A stretch of 32,000 nt of DNA from Candidatus Omnitrophota bacterium (GTDB lineage: Bacteria > Omnitrophota > Gorgyraeia > Zapsychrales > JANLHA01). Each line of letters begins with the position of its first letter. Positions within the stretch are counted from its first letter, which is position 1. Below are positions 25,808-32,000 of the stretch, piece by piece. Below the pieces are notes generated by a model. That model saw only the letters and a list, made by a program, of their open reading frames with translations. It ran no database searches and was not told where the DNA came from. Both the position numbers and the translations under genes were made by a program. The DNA is taken from NCBI GenBank assembly GCA_963662715.1, contig OY759724.1, positions 2,340,001-2,372,000 of the forward strand, written 5' to 3'.

Positions 25808-26962
25808 ATGTTTAATTTTGGGAGTCAGATAACTCGAGAAAAAAAAGTTAGCTATTTTTTGTTGTGTTGTGGATGTTTCACAATATCATTTAATGTTGCG
25901 GCAATTGTGGCGGCGATCCCGGCTATGAGTGTTGATCTGCGGATTCCAGGTATCCTGGTTTCGGATGTCATTCCTTATTATATGATTCCTTATGGTGTGG
26001 GCGCCCTGCTTTATGCCCCGTTGACTCGTTATTTCTCATATAAGCGCATCCTGGGTATTTCTTTGTTCTGTTATGCCCTGGCTTGTTTTTACTGCGCCAA
26101 CATACGGACCATACAGCATTTTTTGCTGGGACGTGTGATCATGGGGGTCTCCGGTGCGGGTGTTATTCCTTTGGGGTTGATGATAATTGGGCAGCTTTTT
26201 GAAAAGAACGTCCGGGGCCGTTTGGTGGGAATGTTTTTTAGCTTCAGTTTTCTGGCATCTATCTCGGGATTGATCTTGAGCGGAACCGTACACTGGAGAT
26301 GGCTTTTTTGGATTCCGTCTTTGATCGGAGTTGTCACGGCCCTGAGTATTTTATTTTTAAGTCTCGAGCCCTTTGCCCATATATGCCGGCTGAAAATTGA
26401 TTATATCAACACACTTAAGAAACCCTGTATAGGGCGGATTTTTGGTTTTATTGCTTTTATCAGTTTCTTGTTCCATGGGGTGCAGAAATGGTTTGGTGTG
26501 TATCTGGCGGAGAGCTATCACCTGAACCAGATGATGATCAGTTCTTTGTTGTTAATCCCGCCGGTGAGCGGGGCTCTGGGGCAAATGATGGGGGGGTATC
26601 TTTCAGATAAGAAAGGGCGTGCAGCCGCCTGTCTCATCGGACTGTTGATCTTGTCTTTATCAACGATGTCATTATACGGAAAGTATCCTTTGCTGATCGT
26701 CGGACTTATCTTGGGGCTTGTTAGTTTCGGGTGGACCATCGGGCATAATGGTATTTCAACTATCTTGACGGACTTTCCCGACACGCATCGTTCAGAGATC
26801 GCAAGCTTGAATTCCGCTCTCCGTTTTATCGGCGGCGGGGTGGGTTTTAAGATCAGTAAGTTTTTTATTAATAGGGGGATGAGTTTTGAAATGAACTTTT
26901 TGTTGCTGGGGGTCTGCATGCTGTTTTCCGGATTTTTTTTAAAGAAAATTATCCCGGATTGA
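25808..26962 (+). CDS. MFS transporter
   Basis: The 384-aa product is very hydrophobic with about 11-12 predicted TM segments. An MFS-like loop motif is present (GQLFEKNVRGRLVGMF, plus GGYLSDKKGR between TM segments). Confidence 0.8.
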   Translation: MFNFGSQITREKKVSYFLLCCGCFTISFNVAAIVAAIPAMSVDLRIPGILVSDVIPYYMIPYGVGALLYAPLTRYFSYKRILGISLFCYALACFYCANIRTIQHFLLGRVIMGVSGAGVIPLGLMIIGQLFEKNVRGRLVGMFFSFSFLASISGLILSGTVHWRWLFWIPSLIGVVTALSILFLSLEPFAHICRLKIDYINTLKKPCIGRIFGFIAFISFLFHGVQKWFGVYLAESYHLNQMMISSLLLIPPVSGALGQMMGGYLSDKKGRAAACLIGLLILSLSTMSLYGKYPLLIVGLILGLVSFGWTIGHNGISTILTDFPDTHRSEIASLNSALRFIGGGVGFKISKFFINRGMSFEMNFLLLGVCMLFSGFFLKKIIPD

Positions 26963-27043
26963 AACAGGATTTTTTAACGGGGTCATGCCGGAGGTCAAGC
27001 TGGGCATGGGAGGCCTCGTTCTATCTAAAGAAAGGGAGCATTA

Positions 27044-27814
27044 ATGAATTTAAAAGGGAAGAATGCTGTTATAACCGGCGCCAGTAAAGGCATCGGGAAG
27101 GCCATTGCCTTAAAACTCGCAGAACAAGGTGTCAACGTGATGATTGCGGCCAGGACGCAGGCGACTCTGGAGGAAGCTGCGGCGGAGATTGAGAAGAAAA
27201 CAGGCTCGCGGGTCATCGGTGTCCCGACGGATGTGAGTCGACTTGCCGATTTGCAAAACCTGGCTGACAAAGCCTTTCAGGAGTTCAAAACGGTCGATAT
27301 CCTCATTAATAATGCCGGAGTTTCCAGCCAGTATCCTTTTGATAAGCAGCCGCTGGAAGACATAGAGCGGCTGGCGCACACGAATTATTTGGGGTATGTC
27401 AGACTGATCCGCCTCATTATTCCTCATATGATTGAAAGAAAACAGGGCGCGATTATTAACATGGTGAGCGGATCGACATTATGTGACCCTTTGCCGAAGA
27501 ATTTTATTACATACAGTTCTTTAAAAGTCGGCTTGCGCGCTTTTTTGAAAGGGCTCTTTTGGGAGATGCGGGATCACGGGATTAAAATCACGTCTGTTTT
27601 GCCTGGTGTCGTCGATACGGAGCTGACCGGGAAGTTAAAGGACATTACCGAGCAGCAAAAAGAGCGGCTTATGTCTGCGGATTCCGTGGTGGATATGGTT
27701 ATGTTCGCGTTATCCGTGCCGCAGAACGCATGCCCGCTGGAATTGGCCGTTATTAACCAGCAAACTCCGTGGACAAAGCCTGTTATAGACTATGCCCAAC
27801 AGCAGGCGAAGTAG
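27044..27814 (+). CDS. SDR-family oxidoreductase (ketoreductase-like)
   Basis: Present are the TGASKGIGKAIA cofactor motif, NNAG, and the catalytic S...YSSLK (YxxxK) motif. The product is 256 aa. Confidence 0.88.
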   Translation: MNLKGKNAVITGASKGIGKAIALKLAEQGVNVMIAARTQATLEEAAAEIEKKTGSRVIGVPTDVSRLADLQNLADKAFQEFKTVDILINNAGVSSQYPFDKQPLEDIERLAHTNYLGYVRLIRLIIPHMIERKQGAIINMVSGSTLCDPLPKNFITYSSLKVGLRAFLKGLFWEMRDHGIKITSVLPGVVDTELTGKLKDITEQQKERLMSADSVVDMVMFALSVPQNACPLELAVINQQTPWTKPVIDYAQQQAK

Positions 27815-27901
27815 GTGACGGTTCTGTGGATGTGTTCATATCATGTGAAGAAAGGCTGTCTTGATATGAAATATTGCGTGATAAGAAGGGAGGTGACATG
27901 A

Positions 27902-28135
27902 GTGGATAAAACCGTTTTTACTTTCAAGAAGAATAAGTTCCAGGAAGTGCGGGTCGGTATCCGGGAATACAAGGGGAATGACTTGGTCGATATTCGTACT
28001 TGGACGATGACGCAGGGATCTGAGGAGATGGTTCCTACAGCCAAAGGTGTTTCCATTAACATTAATTTGCTGCCGGATCTGAAAAAAGCTCTTGAGGTCG
28101 TCGAGCAGGAACTGAAGCAGAACGCGATGCTTTAA
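27902..28135 (+). CDS. PC4/p15-like (YdbC-type) single-stranded nucleic-acid-binding domain protein
   Basis: The ORF has a GTG start 8 nt after a GGGAGG RBS. The pattern FQEVRVGIREYKGNDLVDIRTWT....PTAKGVSI matches the bacterial PC4-like domain pattern (e.rv.l.ey.G..y.diR.W......pTkKGisl) as I recall it. Confidence 0.5.
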   Translation: MDKTVFTFKKNKFQEVRVGIREYKGNDLVDIRTWTMTQGSEEMVPTAKGVSININLLPDLKKALEVVEQELKQNAML

Positions 28136-28322
28136 TAACCGTTGTGTTGGCTTCTGCGGTTTTCCCGATGTGTCAACAAACATGGGCTTAATATGCTTAT
28201 CGCGCTGAACAGTGTCAGGGCGGGGCATGAGTCATTTAAGTCGGTGTTTATGTTTTTACCTTTTGTGTTCTCCCCCCAGAAAAAATCCGTTTGTTAAAAG
28301 ATATTGATGGAAAGGTTTTGTT

Positions 28323-29237
28323 ATGAGTAGAATTATTGATGCCCACAGCCACTATATGCCTCAGGCCATTGCTTCAAAGACGACATTTTTCCGCTCGAGC
28401 TGGTCGGATCTTGACTGGCAGCTGGCAACGATGAAACAATTTGGTATCGAGAAAGCCGTTTTGCTTTATCCGACGAGCGATGCACATCTTAACATGGGGG
28501 GGTGGAAAAATGTTTGTGAAATTTACAATGAAGAGATCAGCAAGGTCGTGAGGAAATACTCCCGGCGGCTTATTGGCGCGGGAATCCTTCCTTTAGACAG
28601 TCCCGAAGACATCATGAAAGAGCTGAGCCGTTTTAAGTCTTTGAAATTGTCCATGATATCATTGCCGTCCAGTTTTGAAGGGAAATATTTGGACGACGAC
28701 ATGTTTACCCCGGTCTTCGAATATGCCCAGAAAAACCGCATGCCGATCCACGTCCATCCCCAAATTATCAACCCTATCGGGGAGGACCGGGTGAAAGATC
28801 CGTTGCTGACGCCGGTTTTAGAATACGTTTTCGATGTCTCTATGAGCATCGGCAAATTAATGATGAATGAAAAGCTTTTGGCTTTCCCGGACGTTAAACT
28901 TATTTTTGCTCACTATGGCGGGGTGCTTCCTTTTGTTAAGGAGCGTTTTGACAATACGTATCTCATGCTTCGTAAAAGAGGGTTTGTTAAAGACTTGTTC
29001 AAGCTTCCCAGCGAGTATTTTAAGAACCTGTATTTTGACATTGCCGGTTCGAAATCGCCTTCGGCTTTTTTCTGTGCTCTGGAAGTTACGGACGCCTCGC
29101 ATATTTTATTCGGGTCGGATTTCCCGGCGAACCAGGATATTCTCGGCACGCTCAACATGATCAACCGGTCCCCTTTGAGCACGAATTTCAAAGACGCGAT
29201 CTTTTTTAAGAACGCTAAAGCCTTATTAGATATATAG
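28323..29237 (+). CDS. amidohydrolase_2 (PF04909, ACMSD/aromatic-acid-decarboxylase-like) family metal-dependent hydrolase/decarboxylase
   Basis: The metal-binding start IIDAHSHYMP is present, along with later HVHP, FAHYGG and LFGSDFP motifs typical of the amidohydrolase_2 TIM-barrel family. Confidence 0.75.
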   Translation: MSRIIDAHSHYMPQAIASKTTFFRSSWSDLDWQLATMKQFGIEKAVLLYPTSDAHLNMGGWKNVCEIYNEEISKVVRKYSRRLIGAGILPLDSPEDIMKELSRFKSLKLSMISLPSSFEGKYLDDDMFTPVFEYAQKNRMPIHVHPQIINPIGEDRVKDPLLTPVLEYVFDVSMSIGKLMMNEKLLAFPDVKLIFAHYGGVLPFVKERFDNTYLMLRKRGFVKDLFKLPSEYFKNLYFDIAGSKSPSAFFCALEVTDASHILFGSDFPANQDILGTLNMINRSPLSTNFKDAIFFKNAKALLDI

Positions 29238-29282
29238 TTTTACATGAATAACAGCCTGGGAAAAAATATTAACAAAAATTGC

Positions 29283-29311
29283 TTGACAAAAGTATGGCAT
29301 TTTGATATTCT
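29283..29311 (+). promoter_or_regulatory. rRNA operon promoter candidate (TTGACA-17 nt-TATTCT with TGn extended -10)
   Basis: TTGACA is at 29283-29288 and TATTCT at 29306-29311, with TG at 29303-29304. The AT-rich upstream region (aaaaatattaacaaaaatt) looks like an UP element. The site is about 95 nt upstream of 16S. Confidence 0.6.
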
Positions 29312-29404
29312 TCTAAAACCTTTCCTAACAGGGAATTGATGTGTTCTTTGAAATCTTATTGTCTTTCCTTTGATTTATTTTGAGCGATCAAATAGCCAAG
29401 TTGT

Positions 29405-30997
<1,593 letters not shown>

Positions 30998-31216
30998 ATT
31001 TTTTTTAGAAAGATATTCCGTAGTGTACACGGAAAAGAGTAGAGTGAAAAGTAGTTCCAGAGAACAAACTTCTCTTCGGAACGGCTTGGCTTAAAATATT
31101 ATTCAAGGGTAAGTGGTAAGTGTTAATCGGTAAGTTAGTGGTAAGATTAGAAAATTCCATTTTCTGCTTAGCATTAGCACTTACCACCAGGACTCTTGCC
31201 GCTGACCCATAGTTAG

Positions 31217-31293
31217 GGGCCCGTAGCTCAGTTGGTTAGAGCACCGTGCTGATAACGCGGGGGTCAGTGGTTCGACTCCACTCGGGCCCACCA
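31217..31293 (+). tRNA. tRNA-Ile (anticodon GAT), CCA encoded
   Basis: The acceptor stem is GGGCCCG/CGGGCCC. The D-arm is GCTCAGTTGGTTAGAGC, the anticodon loop is CTGATAA, the T-arm is GGTTCGACTCC, and the 3' end is ACCA. Confidence 0.95.
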
Positions 31294-31305
31294 TATTAAA
31301 TATGG

Positions 31306-31381
31306 GGGGCTGTAGCTCAGCTGGGAGAGCACATGCTTTGCAAGCATGGGGTCAGGAGTTCGATCCTCCTCAGCTCCACCA
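31306..31381 (+). tRNA. tRNA-Ala (anticodon TGC), CCA encoded
   Basis: The acceptor stem GGGGCTG/CAGCTCC includes the G3:U70 alanine identity pair. The anticodon loop is CTTTGCAA, the T-arm is AGTTCGATCCT, and the 3' end is ACCA. Confidence 0.95.
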
Positions 31382-31695
31382 AATGACATCTTTTTTATAA
31401 AGATTAATTTGGTTGGGGTGCCAGATTCCTTAAATGTTATTGGGAAAGACTGGCCTCCAGCAATGAATAGCATCTTGAGATGAGCATTAAATCGTAGTAT
31501 AATAGATGTAGTTGTTATGATGGCAAGTTCGAATTTAGGAAGACAATAAGATCAGGATAGATTTAGTAATCTTTAAGTGCAAGAGCAAAGGTTATTCTTC
31601 CAAGTTTAGCCTTTTCTTTTTCGCTGAAGATATTGTTCTTTGACAGTTATGTAATATAGGGTAAATGCAATTAGCCAAATTAATGTCATAGTTTT

Positions 31696-32000
31696 GGTCA
31701 AACTACTAAGGGTTTATGGTGGATGACTTGGCAGGCTCAGGCGATGAAGGACGTGGTAAGCAGCGATATGCTTCGGGGAGTCGCAAACAGACTTTGATCC
31801 GAAGATCTCCGAATGGGAAAACCTATCCAGGGTTATACCTGGATATCCTTCACTGAATCCATAGGTGAAGGAGGCTAACGGAGGGAATTGAAACATCTAA
31901 GTACCTCCAGGAAAAGAAACCGAATGGGATTCCCCCAGTAGCGGCGAGCGAACAGGGAAAAGGCTAAACCAATCAGTTTACTGATTGGGGTTGTGGGACC
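31696..32000 (+). rRNA. rrl: 23S ribosomal RNA, 5' end (continues beyond the window)
   Basis: GGTCAAACTACTAAGGGTTTATGGTGGATGACTTGGCAGGCTCAGGCGATGAAGGACGTGGTAAGC parallels the E. coli 23S 5' end (GGTTAAGCGACTAAGCGTACACGGTGGATGCCCTGGCAGTCAGAGGCGATGAAGGACGTG). Confidence 0.93.

Noticed and set aside
27836-28228. 130-aa minus-strand ORF covering the PC4-like gene
   Set aside because: It would be the only minus-strand gene in the window. The + strand ORF has a GGGAGG RBS at correct spacing and a recognisable PC4-like pattern. The coding strand still deserves transcript confirmation, as noted in the findings.
31108-31188. Four GGTAAG repeats (31108, 31115, 31129, 31140) in the 16S-tRNA-Ile spacer, considered as a possible repeat array
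   Set aside because: The repeats are too short and irregular for a CRISPR or tandem-repeat element. GTGGTAAGTG (31113-31122) pairs with CACTTACCAC (31178-31187), so this looks like an ordinary ITS processing-stem structure.
31640-31667. TTGACA-16-TAAATG upstream of 23S, considered as an internal promoter
   Set aside because: The -10 element is poor, and the site lies within the spacer where the 23S processing stems are expected. It is probably fortuitous in AT-rich sequence.

Overview
The window is a co-directional stretch of bacterial chromosome. All credible genes and the rRNA operon lie on the + strand. The 16S sequence carries PVC-superphylum-like signatures, so this may be an uncultured or candidate lineage, but that assignment is tentative. 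Gene order from 5' to 3' is as follows. (1) A glycogen and alpha-glucan block at 1-6235: glgB (5'-truncated by the window edge), a small winged-helix protein, a GH57/DUF3536 glucan hydrolase and malQ. (2) Miscellaneous envelope and housekeeping genes at 6313-10552: two lipoproteins, hldD, a membrane-anchored coiled-coil protein, a CBS-pair protein and a hypothetical protein. (3) A PadR regulator followed by a near-consensus promoter and an adenylate-forming acyl-CoA ligase at 10645-12856. (4) A tightly coupled operon at 12917-17633 that resembles a DHAP-shunt pathway for 5'-deoxynucleoside or MTA salvage: a nucleoside phosphorylase, an MtnA-like isomerase, a half-size isomerase paralog, a class II aldolase fused to an SCP2-like domain, and an aldehyde dehydrogenase. 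(5) The most interesting part, a type II polyketide-synthase-like gene cluster at 17771-29237. It encodes a B12-binding radical SAM enzyme, a PCP_red-like small protein, an SRPBCC protein, a ketopantoate-reductase-family reductase, a KS, a catalytically dead KS partner, an ACP, a PF04199 cyclase, an SRPBCC aromatase/cyclase-like protein, an MFS exporter behind a 33-bp perfect palindromic operator, an SDR ketoreductase, a PC4-like protein and an amidohydrolase_2-family enzyme. (6) An rRNA operon from 29283 to the window end: promoter, 16S, tRNA-Ile(GAT), tRNA-Ala(TGC) and the 5' end of 23S. I saw no transposases, integrases, CRISPR arrays or obvious pseudogenes. All family assignments come from motif and sequence recognition by eye. 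No database search was run.
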